From Bacteroidota bacterium (GTDB lineage Bacteria; Bacteroidota; Bacteroidia; NS11-12g; UBA955): DNA of 55,058 nucleotides. The stretch is taken from the NCBI GenBank assembly GCA_041178665.1, contig JBEGUW010000124.1:1-55058 (forward strand), written 5' to 3'. The position numbers were made by a program, and so were the translations under genes. This document shows, in pieces, positions 1-7,929 of this stretch. Numbering within the stretch: the first letter of the stretch is position 1; each line of letters opens with the position of its first letter. Under the pieces are notes generated by a model. That model saw nothing but the letters and a program-made list of their open reading frames with translations, ran no database searches and was not told the origin of the DNA.

Positions 1-1540
1 TTTTTTCCTTGGAAATCGCAATCATCATCCCGTTGAATTCATAGTGTAAATGCTTCACACCATAGACTTCCATCAATTGTTGCTTGTGGTAGGCCTGACG
101 TTTTTCTTCTAAAATTTCAAACAAGTCGCGGGTCTTGGCTTGGGATTCGTGGAATTCCAAAATCCGCTGATCCGTCATGATGTTCTGCGCGCGAATGGCC
201 GTCAATAAGACCATTGAATCGAGGTTGGTGCATCTACTTAATGCGACATATACTTGGCCGGGAGCGAAACTCTTCCCTGCATCGATCATCGCTTTTTCAA
301 AGGTCAAACCCTGACTTTTGTGCACGGTGATGGCCCATGCCAATCGAACTGGGAACTGCTCAAAGCTACCAACTTCCTCCTGTTCAACGGTTTCTCCGGT
401 TGGATTGTAGTTATAGCGCAGGTTTTTCCATGTTTCCCTTTCGATTTCCATGGCCGGCTTGCCATCGTTGCACTGAATAAAAATGGTATTGCCGCCAATA
501 TGGGTTACCGTACCGATTTTACCGTTGTAGTATCGTTTTTCGTAGGTGGTGTCGTTTTTTACAAACATCACCTGAGCGCCTTCTTTGAGTCGTAAAATGC
601 CTTCGGTTGGGAAACTGCCTTCGTTGAATTCGCCAGATACTTTGGCAACGTATTGTTTTTCAGCGACATCCAGCTTTGCCAATTCCTTTTCATTGATCCC
701 TTCGGCCTGTTTGTTGTGGGTGGTAAGTGTGATCCATCCGGGCTCTTTGGGTTGAAAATCGGTTTGAATTCGTTCTGCAAGATTTTCGTAGTCCCAACTC
801 TCCATTTGGTTGGAGCGGATTTGATTCAATAGGTTGATGAACTGCCTATCGCTCTGACGATAAATGGTTTTTAACTCAATGGTAATCAGCTCAAGACTTG
901 GAAAAATCTTGGACGAAAAGAAAAACTCCGTGGCATAGTAATGATAAATGAGTCCGCGTTCATGTTCGGTAACTACGGGTGGCAGCTGCAATAAATCGCC
1001 AATGAGAAGCAATTGAACGCCGCCGAAAGGTTTGGAACTGTTTCTGGCAAATCGAAGTGCGGTATCTATCGCATCAAATAGATCGGCCCGAACCATGGAA
1101 ATTTCATCAATCACCAGTAATTCAAGCGCTTGGAATAGGTCGCGTTTAACTTTCGGGTAATGGAAGTGCTCCCGAAGCATCGCTGTGTTGTTGGCAACGT
1201 TGGGATCTACCGGTTCGTTGGTGGGCACGTAAGCTCGGGTGGGAAGTCCAAACATGCTGTGGATTGTGCTTCCGCCGGCATTGATTGCGGCGACACCTGT
1301 GGGGGCAACGACAACGGTTTTTTTCAGCGACTGGGAGAGTAGGTTTTTCAGGAAGGTTGTTTTTCCCGTTCCCGCTTTTCCCGTTAAAAAAATGTGTTGT
1401 TGGGTATCGTTGATGAAGGAAAATGCCAAGGACGCCTCGGAACTGGTATCGATCGAGAGCGGTTGTGTTGGGTTGGTATTTCCTTTTTCAGTTGTCAATA
1501 TGCGATGAGTGATTTTAATGCCAATGGCAAGCGCTCCCAT
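1..1540 (-). CDS. PIF1/RecD-like SF1B ATP-dependent DNA helicase; the C-terminal end runs off the left window edge
   Basis: Absent from the supplied ORF track because it is edge-truncated. My own minus-strand translation is open from 1540 down to 1. Motifs seen: Walker A FLTGKAGTGKT (1358-1390), Walker B LLVIDEISMV, LLLIGDLLQLPPV, and the late SF1B motif AITVHKSQGLTF...QVYVALSRC. The start is either ATG 1540 (46-nt overlap with the upstream gene) or TTG 1498 (overlapping its TGA stop). Confidence 0.8.
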   Translation of the reverse strand, partial: MGALAIGIKITHRILTTEKGNTNPTQPLSIDTSSEASLAFSFINDTQQHIFLTGKAGTGKTTFLKNLLSQSLKKTVVVAPTGVAAINAGGSTIHSMFGLPTRAYVPTNEPVDPNVANNTAMLREHFHYPKVKRDLFQALELLVIDEISMVRADLFDAIDTALRFARNSSKPFGGVQLLLIGDLLQLPPVVTEHERGLIYHYYATEFFFSSKIFPSLELITIELKTIYRQSDRQFINLLNQIRSNQMESWDYENLAERIQTDFQPKEPGWITLTTHNKQAEGINEKELAKLDVAEKQYVAKVSGEFNEGSFPTEGILRLKEGAQVMFVKNDTTYEKRYYNGKIGTVTHIGGNTIFIQCNDGKPAMEIERETWKNLRYNYNPTGETVEQEEVGSFEQFPVRLAWAITVHKSQGLTFEKAMIDAGKSFAPGQVYVALSRCTNLDSMVLLTAIRAQNIMTDQRILEFHESQAKTRDLFEILEEKRQAYHKQQLMEVYGVKHLHYEFNGMMIAISKEK

Positions 1541-3483
1541 GGAAGGAAATGGTCTTCTAAGGTTTTTGCTAGCGGTACGGGTGTATCAAGGCTGCCCAAT
1601 CTTTGTACGGGGGCATCGAGGTCTTGGAAGCAGTGCTCGGAAATCCAAGCGGCGATGTCTGATGCGATGCTTCCGGTAAGTGTATCTTCGGTGAGTACGA
1701 GAACTTTTCCGGTGGCTTTCACTTGTGCGGCAACTTCCTCTTTGTCCCAAGGGATGAGGGTTCTAAGGTCGATGACCCGGCCATTGAGATTGTGTTCTTT
1801 GATGCAATCCAAGGCTTTGTGTACACCCCAACCGTAAGTGACGATGCAAAATTCGTCGCCATGATCATGGACAGTAGCTTTTCCTTCTTCAACGAGGTAG
1901 GGGGCGGCGGCTACGCCGCCGCTCACCGATCGATACAACAACTTGTGCTCAAAAAACAACACAGGATTTGGATCCTCGATGGCACGCATCAATAAACCCT
2001 TTGCATCGGCTGGCGTGCTGGGGTAATATATTTTTAGACCGGGAACGTGGTAAAACCATGCCTCGGTACTCTGACTGTGAAAAGGACCCGCTTGCACCCC
2101 CGCGCCCGTCGGCATGCGAACTACCACATCGGCAGGCTGACCCCAGCGGTAATGGCTCTTGGCTAAATTGTTCACGATCTGATTGTATCCACAAGTTACA
2201 AAATCGGCAAACTGCATTTCAACAACGGCCTTTTGTTTGGCGATACTCAAACCGTAACCCGCACCCAAAATTGAACTCTCGGTGATGGGCGTATTTCGCA
2301 CGCGGCCCTTGCCAAATTTCTCAAGGAATCCGTCGGTGATTTTGAAAACGCCACCATATTCGGCCACGTCCTGACCCATAATCACAAGATTATCATGTCG
2401 TTCCATGCTCTGCTCCAAGCCCTCCTTAATCGCATCCACCAATCGCAGGTCTCGGTCACTCTCCGGAGCGCTGTCTGCACATTGAAAATCATTGGCAAAT
2501 TCAAATGGCGCATACATATCGTTCATTTCCTCTGCCAAATCCGGAACTACTTCCTCTTCCGCAAATGTGGTTTCCAAGCCCACTTCGATCTCTGCCAAAA
2601 ACTCTTTTTTATATTGATCGATGATCGCATCGGACAAAATGCCCAATTCTTTTAAATAGGATTCGTAGTTGCTTAAAGGGTCTTTTTTGCCCCATTCCTC
2701 AAATAAATGAGTGGGTACATATTTCACGCCGCTGGCCTCTTCATGGCCTCTCATTCTAAAGGTAAGCGCTTCAAAAATAATCGGACGGGGATTGTTTCTG
2801 AGCTCTTCCGCCCAATGCGTCGCGGTATGATACACTTCTAAAATATTATTTCCATCCACCTGCACTGTCTCCATGCCATAGCCGATTCCTTTGTCGATGA
2901 ATTGCTTGCACTTAAACTGTTCGTTCGATGGCGTACTTAGTCCATAGCCATTATTTTCGATCAAAAAGATTACGGGCAATTGCCAAACGGCAGCCACGTT
3001 AAGTGCCTCGTGAAAGTCGCCTTCGGAGGTGCCGCCATCGCCAGAAAAAGCGACAGAGATTTTTTTACGATGATTTAAGACGTGGGAAAGGGAAACGCCA
3101 TTGGCCACACCTAGCATCGCACCCAAGTGAGAAATCATCCCTACGATGGCGTATTCATTGGTCCCAAAGTGAAAACTGCGCTCTCGGCCTTTGCTAAATC
3201 CAGATTTTTTTCCTTGCCATTGGGCGAAAAGTTTGCCAAACGGGATGCCTCGCGACGTGAAAACCCCCAAATTCCTATGCAGCGGCATGATGTATTCATC
3301 GGGGTCTAATGCCATTGTAATACCCACCGAAATTGCCTCTTGACCAATACCGCTAAACCATTTGCCCACTTTGCCCTGACGCAATAGTACGAGCATTCGA
3401 TCTTCGATCAATCGCGGCTTTAATAAACCACGGTATAAACTCAGTAATTCGGCATCAGATAAATTCTTTCGATCGTAAAGCAT
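1495..3483 (-). CDS. Thiamine-diphosphate-dependent 2-oxoacid dehydrogenase E1 component, fused alpha/beta subunits
   Basis: 662-aa ORF. The N-terminal half carries the TPP-binding motif GDGGTSEGDFHEALNVAAVWQLPVIFLIENNGYG. The C-terminal half looks like a transketolase-type pyrimidine-binding beta subunit (NTPITESSILGAGYGLS, FADFV). The alpha/beta fusion is the usual Bacteroidota arrangement. Confidence 0.9.
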   Translation of the reverse strand: MLYDRKNLSDAELLSLYRGLLKPRLIEDRMLVLLRQGKVGKWFSGIGQEAISVGITMALDPDEYIMPLHRNLGVFTSRGIPFGKLFAQWQGKKSGFSKGRERSFHFGTNEYAIVGMISHLGAMLGVANGVSLSHVLNHRKKISVAFSGDGGTSEGDFHEALNVAAVWQLPVIFLIENNGYGLSTPSNEQFKCKQFIDKGIGYGMETVQVDGNNILEVYHTATHWAEELRNNPRPIIFEALTFRMRGHEEASGVKYVPTHLFEEWGKKDPLSNYESYLKELGILSDAIIDQYKKEFLAEIEVGLETTFAEEEVVPDLAEEMNDMYAPFEFANDFQCADSAPESDRDLRLVDAIKEGLEQSMERHDNLVIMGQDVAEYGGVFKITDGFLEKFGKGRVRNTPITESSILGAGYGLSIAKQKAVVEMQFADFVTCGYNQIVNNLAKSHYRWGQPADVVVRMPTGAGVQAGPFHSQSTEAWFYHVPGLKIYYPSTPADAKGLLMRAIEDPNPVLFFEHKLLYRSVSGGVAAAPYLVEEGKATVHDHGDEFCIVTYGWGVHKALDCIKEHNLNGRVIDLRTLIPWDKEEVAAQVKATGKVLVLTEDTLTGSIASDIAAWISEHCFQDLDAPVQRLGSLDTPVPLAKTLEDHFLPWERLPLALKSLIAY

Positions 3484-3511
3484 CTATTAATTAATAGTAG
3501 GTTCTATTTTT

Positions 3512-3519
3512 CAAAAATA
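3512..3519 (-). promoter_or_regulatory. Candidate Bacteroidota -7 box (TATTTTTG on minus strand) for the E1 dehydrogenase gene
   Basis: Exact match to TAnnTTTG on the minus strand, 28 nt upstream of the ATG at 3483. No good -33 TTTG at canonical spacing. Confidence 0.25.
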
Positions 3520-3592
3520 CATCGCAAAAGTGGCCTTAAATGCGGTCGGTCTCAATACTATGCGTATAAAACACAATTTTTTCCATTTTTCT

Positions 3593-3620
3593 TTGCAACC
3601 AATCGCGATTTGTGCGTCAT
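3593..3620 (+). promoter_or_regulatory. Candidate ECF-sigma-dependent (autoregulatory) promoter: TTGCAACCAAT-N10-GCGTCAT
   Basis: Contains AAC (-35 core, 3597-3599) and CGTC (-10 core, 3615-3618) separated by 15 nt. It ends 14 nt before the TTG start of the ECF sigma gene. The same 11+7 nt with the same 10-nt spacer recurs at 50337-50364. Confidence 0.45.
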
Positions 3621-3634
3621 AACCTCGAAGCTAC

Positions 3635-4189
3635 TTGCTAAACAACAATGATATCATAGCCGGATGTATCAAAAAAGACAGACAGGCGCAGAAATCTCTC
3701 TATGAGAAATACGCTGCCAAAATGTTTGGATTTTGCTTACGATACTCTAACAGCCGCGCGGATGCTCAGGATTTGTTACAAGATGGTTTCATTAAGGTCT
3801 TTGACAGCATTGCTACCCTGAATGACACTTCTCAATTGGAAGGTTGGATGACGAGAATCATCATCAACTTAGCCATGTCGAGATTCAGAAAATCAGCTCG
3901 CGGCCCCGTTATGGTGGAAGTGGTTGATGTTCTGGATGATACTTCCGGCGAAACCACAACTGTGGATGAGCCAATGGAAGTGAATGAAGTGCTCGCCTGT
4001 TTGATGGAGCTCCCAGAGAAATATCGCATCGTGATTAACATGTATGCGATTGATAAACTCACTCACCAAGAAATTTCTGAAGTGTTGGGAACCAGCGTAT
4101 CGAACAGTAAGAGCCTTTTATTTAGGGCCCGCGTGATGCTCAAAGATTTAGTTGAAAAACAAAGAAACAAGGACACTGGAAAACAGTAA
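3635..4189 (+). CDS. RNA polymerase ECF-type sigma-70 family sigma factor
   Basis: 184 aa. Region 2 is recognisable (AQDLLQDGFIKVF...EGWMTRIIINLAMSRFRK), as is the region 4 HTH (LPEKYRIVINMYAIDKLTHQEISEVLGTSVSNSKSLLFRAR). There is no in-frame ATG ahead of region 2, so the TTG at 3635 is the likely start. Confidence 0.9.
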   Translation: MLNNNDIIAGCIKKDRQAQKSLYEKYAAKMFGFCLRYSNSRADAQDLLQDGFIKVFDSIATLNDTSQLEGWMTRIIINLAMSRFRKSARGPVMVEVVDVLDDTSGETTTVDEPMEVNEVLACLMELPEKYRIVINMYAIDKLTHQEISEVLGTSVSNSKSLLFRARVMLKDLVEKQRNKDTGKQ

Positions 4190-5459
4190 CAAACATATCG
4201 ACAATTGGTTAAGCCAGCAGTTTGAGGATTTTACCCCGAATCCCGAACCTGCGCTATGGCAGTCGATAGATGCTTCCCTTGACCGCAGAGAACGTCAGCA
4301 AAAATTCATATGGTATTGGCTGGTTGCTGGCGTTCTGTCATTAGTGGTTGCGGGTTCGCTGTTTCAGTGGAATAAGATATCTAATAAGTCGTTTGTTGCC
4401 CCAAAAACGGTGGCAGAAACTGGCGCAGTAAAAATTACAGAGAAGTCGGAATTGGATCAAACAAAATCTTCTAATTTCTCCGATCCGAATGCTCCAATTC
4501 AGAATCTTGAATCTCAATCTAATCCTGAAAATACCCCTGATCCAATTCAAGCGCCTGAGTTTAACGCACCAAGTCCTGTCCAACTCGTAATTGAAAATAC
4601 CGCTGATGTGCTGCCTGTAATACTGGATTTAAACCCATTTGGCATCGAATCGATGGAAATTGAAGGCGCGGTGAATCCAAGTTCAGTGACTAGTGCCTCT
4701 GCCGATCAGTTGGCATGGTCTATCGACAAGAAATCAGATAAATTGTTGGGTCGTTGGATGATTGAAGCTGGCGTTGATGCGAATCAAACGGGTTTGATGT
4801 ATCGCAGCACTGCGGATTTATCGAAATACGTACACAAGAATTATTTCAATCACATGAAAGACGGCGAATTTGCCTTGAGTGCAGGTCGTTTCAATATTTC
4901 TAGTGTGTACCAAATCACAAAGAATCACGCTGTTAAATTGGGTGTTGCGTATGCTGAGAATCGCACGCAGCAGCGGTTCGACTTTAGAGATAGCATGCCG
5001 GCAACGGTGATTCCAGGCAATAATCCTGATGCCTTGGGTTACTATCCGATTTTTGGGTACTTGGGCTTAGGACCGCAAGTGAAATTCAATTCTCAAACCA
5101 CCTATTCGATGATTTCTGTGCCCGTTGGCTATGTGGGTTATTTTCCAATAACAAAACAATATTCAATTACACCTGAGGTGTTGTTGCAAGCCAACAAATT
5201 GTCGGTATCAACCGGTGCTCAGACATTGGATTATCAAACATTATTACAAACTGCACAGCAGGCATCGAACTTTAGAAAACTGATTTGGGGTGCTCGTGTT
5301 GCAGTGGGAGTTGAAAAACGTCTCAATTATAGCCATGCCATTGGATTGCGATTCAATGCTCAGTCAATGTTAACCTCAATGTATATCCCAAATGCGGCCT
5401 TGCAGCCAAGGGGTTGGTCGTTGGGATTGTCCGCACATTATTCTTGGAGAATTCAATAA
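4152..5459 (+). CDS. Membrane protein, candidate anti-sigma partner: short N-terminal cytoplasmic segment, one TM helix, Pro/Asn/Ser-rich linker, C-terminal OMP-like beta-barrel domain
   Basis: 435-aa ORF that overlaps the sigma gene 3' end by 38 nt if TTG 4152 is the start (CTG 4176 is an alternative; there is no ATG nearby). TM helix IWYWLVAGVLSLVVAGSLFQW at 4308-4370. From about 4749 onward the sequence shows alternating hydrophobic beta-strand patterns (AVKLGVAYAE, ISVPVGYVGYF, WGARVAVGVEKRL, AIGLRFNAQ, WSLGLSAHYSWRI). The functional call is inference from position and architecture. Confidence 0.6.
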   Translation: MKNKETRTLENSNKHIDNWLSQQFEDFTPNPEPALWQSIDASLDRRERQQKFIWYWLVAGVLSLVVAGSLFQWNKISNKSFVAPKTVAETGAVKITEKSELDQTKSSNFSDPNAPIQNLESQSNPENTPDPIQAPEFNAPSPVQLVIENTADVLPVILDLNPFGIESMEIEGAVNPSSVTSASADQLAWSIDKKSDKLLGRWMIEAGVDANQTGLMYRSTADLSKYVHKNYFNHMKDGEFALSAGRFNISSVYQITKNHAVKLGVAYAENRTQQRFDFRDSMPATVIPGNNPDALGYYPIFGYLGLGPQVKFNSQTTYSMISVPVGYVGYFPITKQYSITPEVLLQANKLSVSTGAQTLDYQTLLQTAQQASNFRKLIWGARVAVGVEKRLNYSHAIGLRFNAQSMLTSMYIPNAALQPRGWSLGLSAHYSWRIQ

Positions 5460-5499
5460 AGTGAAGAAAAAGTGTTTTATATGGTATAAATTGCATGGG

Positions 5500-7929
5500 A
5501 TGAGAGTTCAGTCTTTGTTGACAGTGCTATGTATCCTGTGTGTTTCCGCACAGGCGCAGGTGTTGCAGCCATTGGGATCTGGTTTGCCAGCCCGGGTTGT
5601 TGCATCTTATGCCGCGGGGAACGAGTACCTAGCGCTTTTCGAAGAAACCTCTACAGCCGAAATCAATGATTTTACAATGGCTCGCTGGAATGGTGTTAGC
5701 TGGAGTTACTATTCAGGACTAATAACGCCATCACCTGTAAAAACCGTAAAAGGAACATACAATTTTCATTCAATCGCTTTGTATCACGATACGATGTATG
5801 CTGCGGCTTATATGGCCAATGCTGAACGCGATGCCGATGTCCCCGTAAGTCATTTATATAAGTGGGATGGCCTGAAATGGGTCGCTGAAATTGGTGTTGT
5901 GGATACTAGAAACAATGGAATTATCGCAATGACCGTCTTTGATGACAAGTTGATTGTTGCGGGGTTGTTCGATAATACGGTGAACGGAAATCCAGTTCAA
6001 AATATTGCCGCATACAACGGGAAATCGTGGTCGTACCTGGGAAATAGTGGAACCGCACAAGGTACAGATGGTGTGATTCGCACCTTGGCTGTAGTGGGGA
6101 ATCGACTTTATATAGGTGGGGATTTTCAGACTTTTGCAGGTTCTAGTACAGGGAATATCGCTTACTTTACGGCTGCCAATGGCGGTTGGGGTGGTGTAGG
6201 TAGTCCTTTCAAAGGCGAAGTGTTAGAATTGGGAGTTTTCAATAATAAAATTGCAGCATTAGGAAAAAACGCAACGGGCGATAAACAAATTTCTATTTTC
6301 CAAGGTACTTGGGCGAGTCCAATCGGATTTGATTCTTTTAGCATCAGTTCACCCACAACATTAATGGGCGCGGGTACTGATCTTTTGATTGGCGGTTCTT
6401 TTGTGAAAAATGGCAACGGAACATCGCTACTAGTCTACGATGGCGCTTCATTGAGATTTACGGGCAACCGCATTAACGGGTCATTTAATTTGGGTCAGCG
6501 CGGCGATGGTGCTTTCATTTGGGGCGATTTTACCGAACTCAATACCGATCTGCAATATTTCTCAAAAATCGAATCTGAATCTGGGAATTTGTATGGTGAT
6601 CTATTTTATGATGTCAATTCGAATTGCGTAAAAGACGATGCCGAAATTGGACTATCGAACCAATTGGTGAGAATGGTAAATAAAGTTTCAGGTACAGTCT
6701 ATTTTGCTGTTACCGATTCTAGCGGACACTTTACAATGGCGATGCCTGCGGGTGATTATGATCTATCAACCAATCCTGGGAAGCATTTATATGGTGTTTG
6801 CTTAGGCAATAACACAGCAAGAATTAGAAAAGGCGTTTATAGTTATGTGAGTTTGGGTTACTACCAATTGCCATCGATTGTGGATGTTCAGTTGGGAATG
6901 AATGCAATTATCCCGTCAGGGGCAAAAGCGGGCGACGAAGTGAAAGTGATTGTGAAAATCGCAAATCATGGAGGCACAGCACTTACTAACGGGACTGTAC
7001 ATATTCAACATGGGTCGGATATTTCAGCATTCCAATCCGAGCCGATGCCAGATAATTACGCAAACAATGAAGCCATTTATTCAGTGAGTAATTTGGCCGC
7101 TTTTGGAGAACAAGTCATTGTGATTACAACTGCAATTCCATTGACTGCGCAAGATGCTGACAACTTTAAGTTTATGGTTAAATCCGGAACCGGGCTGACT
7201 CAGAAAGATGCTGATATCAAAGACAATAATGATACGTTGCAATTGAGTTTGAGTCGTAGAGGTGGTATGGTTACCGTGCAGAAATCTAATATCGAAGAGG
7301 GAACCGTAGATTACCGTCAAAAGCAGTGGGAGTATCGCGTGGACTTCAGAAACGTAAGTGGAAGTCTAGTGAAGCGCGTTGTTATGGTGGACACATTGGA
7401 CGCTAACTTGCCATTGTCGCGTTTGGTATTGACCTCTTTTTATCCCAACAAAGCAAATTATTGCATCGAACAGGGTAGAGTGTTGGTCGTAGATTTTCCT
7501 GAAGCTAATTTGAGTTCGTTTGAAGCCAATCCAATCGGTAGTGTTGGTTATGTGATGTATCGTGTTGAGACCTATCAAACATTGCCTTTGAAAACGGTGA
7601 TCAATAACATCGCGATGGTTGATTACGATAGCAAATGGCAGGCTACATCAAAGAATTGTACTGTGACTTTGGTTGACAAGACGGCATCAGTGAAGGTGAT
7701 TAAAGGTAGCTTGAATATGTATCCAAATCCAGCATCAAATCAACTCAATGTTACAGGATTGGGCGCTTACAGAAACAATACTTGGCAATTGGTTTCAATG
7801 ACTGGCGTTACGATGTTAAACGGACAGGTAACTGCGGATACGGTTTCGATTTCAGTAAAAGATCTCGCATCGGGAATTTATACCTTGCGCATGGGCAATG
7901 CCACGGCATTGGTTCAAATCCAACACTAA
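5500..7929 (+). CDS. Secreted beta-propeller-like repeat protein with T9SS type-A C-terminal sorting domain
   Basis: The track ORF starts at 5392, but ATG 5500 gives a clean signal peptide (MRVQSLLTVLCILCVSAQAQ). Repeated motifs of the form ...W(N/D)G..W... and GGDF/GGSF suggest propeller blades. The middle region looks like a CARDB/DUF11-type Ig module. The last ~75 aa (YPNPASNQLNV...GIYTLRMGNATALVQIQH) match the Por-secretion CTD pattern. Confidence 0.8.
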   Translation: MRVQSLLTVLCILCVSAQAQVLQPLGSGLPARVVASYAAGNEYLALFEETSTAEINDFTMARWNGVSWSYYSGLITPSPVKTVKGTYNFHSIALYHDTMYAAAYMANAERDADVPVSHLYKWDGLKWVAEIGVVDTRNNGIIAMTVFDDKLIVAGLFDNTVNGNPVQNIAAYNGKSWSYLGNSGTAQGTDGVIRTLAVVGNRLYIGGDFQTFAGSSTGNIAYFTAANGGWGGVGSPFKGEVLELGVFNNKIAALGKNATGDKQISIFQGTWASPIGFDSFSISSPTTLMGAGTDLLIGGSFVKNGNGTSLLVYDGASLRFTGNRINGSFNLGQRGDGAFIWGDFTELNTDLQYFSKIESESGNLYGDLFYDVNSNCVKDDAEIGLSNQLVRMVNKVSGTVYFAVTDSSGHFTMAMPAGDYDLSTNPGKHLYGVCLGNNTARIRKGVYSYVSLGYYQLPSIVDVQLGMNAIIPSGAKAGDEVKVIVKIANHGGTALTNGTVHIQHGSDISAFQSEPMPDNYANNEAIYSVSNLAAFGEQVIVITTAIPLTAQDADNFKFMVKSGTGLTQKDADIKDNNDTLQLSLSRRGGMVTVQKSNIEEGTVDYRQKQWEYRVDFRNVSGSLVKRVVMVDTLDANLPLSRLVLTSFYPNKANYCIEQGRVLVVDFPEANLSSFEANPIGSVGYVMYRVETYQTLPLKTVINNIAMVDYDSKWQATSKNCTVTLVDKTASVKVIKGSLNMYPNPASNQLNVTGLGAYRNNTWQLVSMTGVTMLNGQVTADTVSISVKDLASGIYTLRMGNATALVQIQH

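Noticed and set aside
254-1837. Plus-strand ORFs 254-595, 1160-1342, 1239-1508 and 1394-1837 listed in the track
   Set aside because: All lie opposite the PIF1-like helicase or E1 dehydrogenase frames. Those frames carry unmistakable Walker A/B and TPP motifs. The plus-strand translations are low-complexity nonsense.
3484-3497. Perfect 14-bp palindrome CTATTAATTAATAG abutting the E1 dehydrogenase start codon
   Set aside because: It is composed almost entirely of A/T in an AT-rich leader, and short AT palindromes arise easily by chance. No second copy was seen in the window. It could be an operator, but there is no supporting evidence.
5392-5499. Track-predicted N-terminal extension of the propeller cargo gene overlapping the upstream gene by 68 nt
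   Set aside because: ATG 5500 yields a canonical signal peptide immediately. The extension (MRPCSQGVGRWDCPH...) has no signal-like features.
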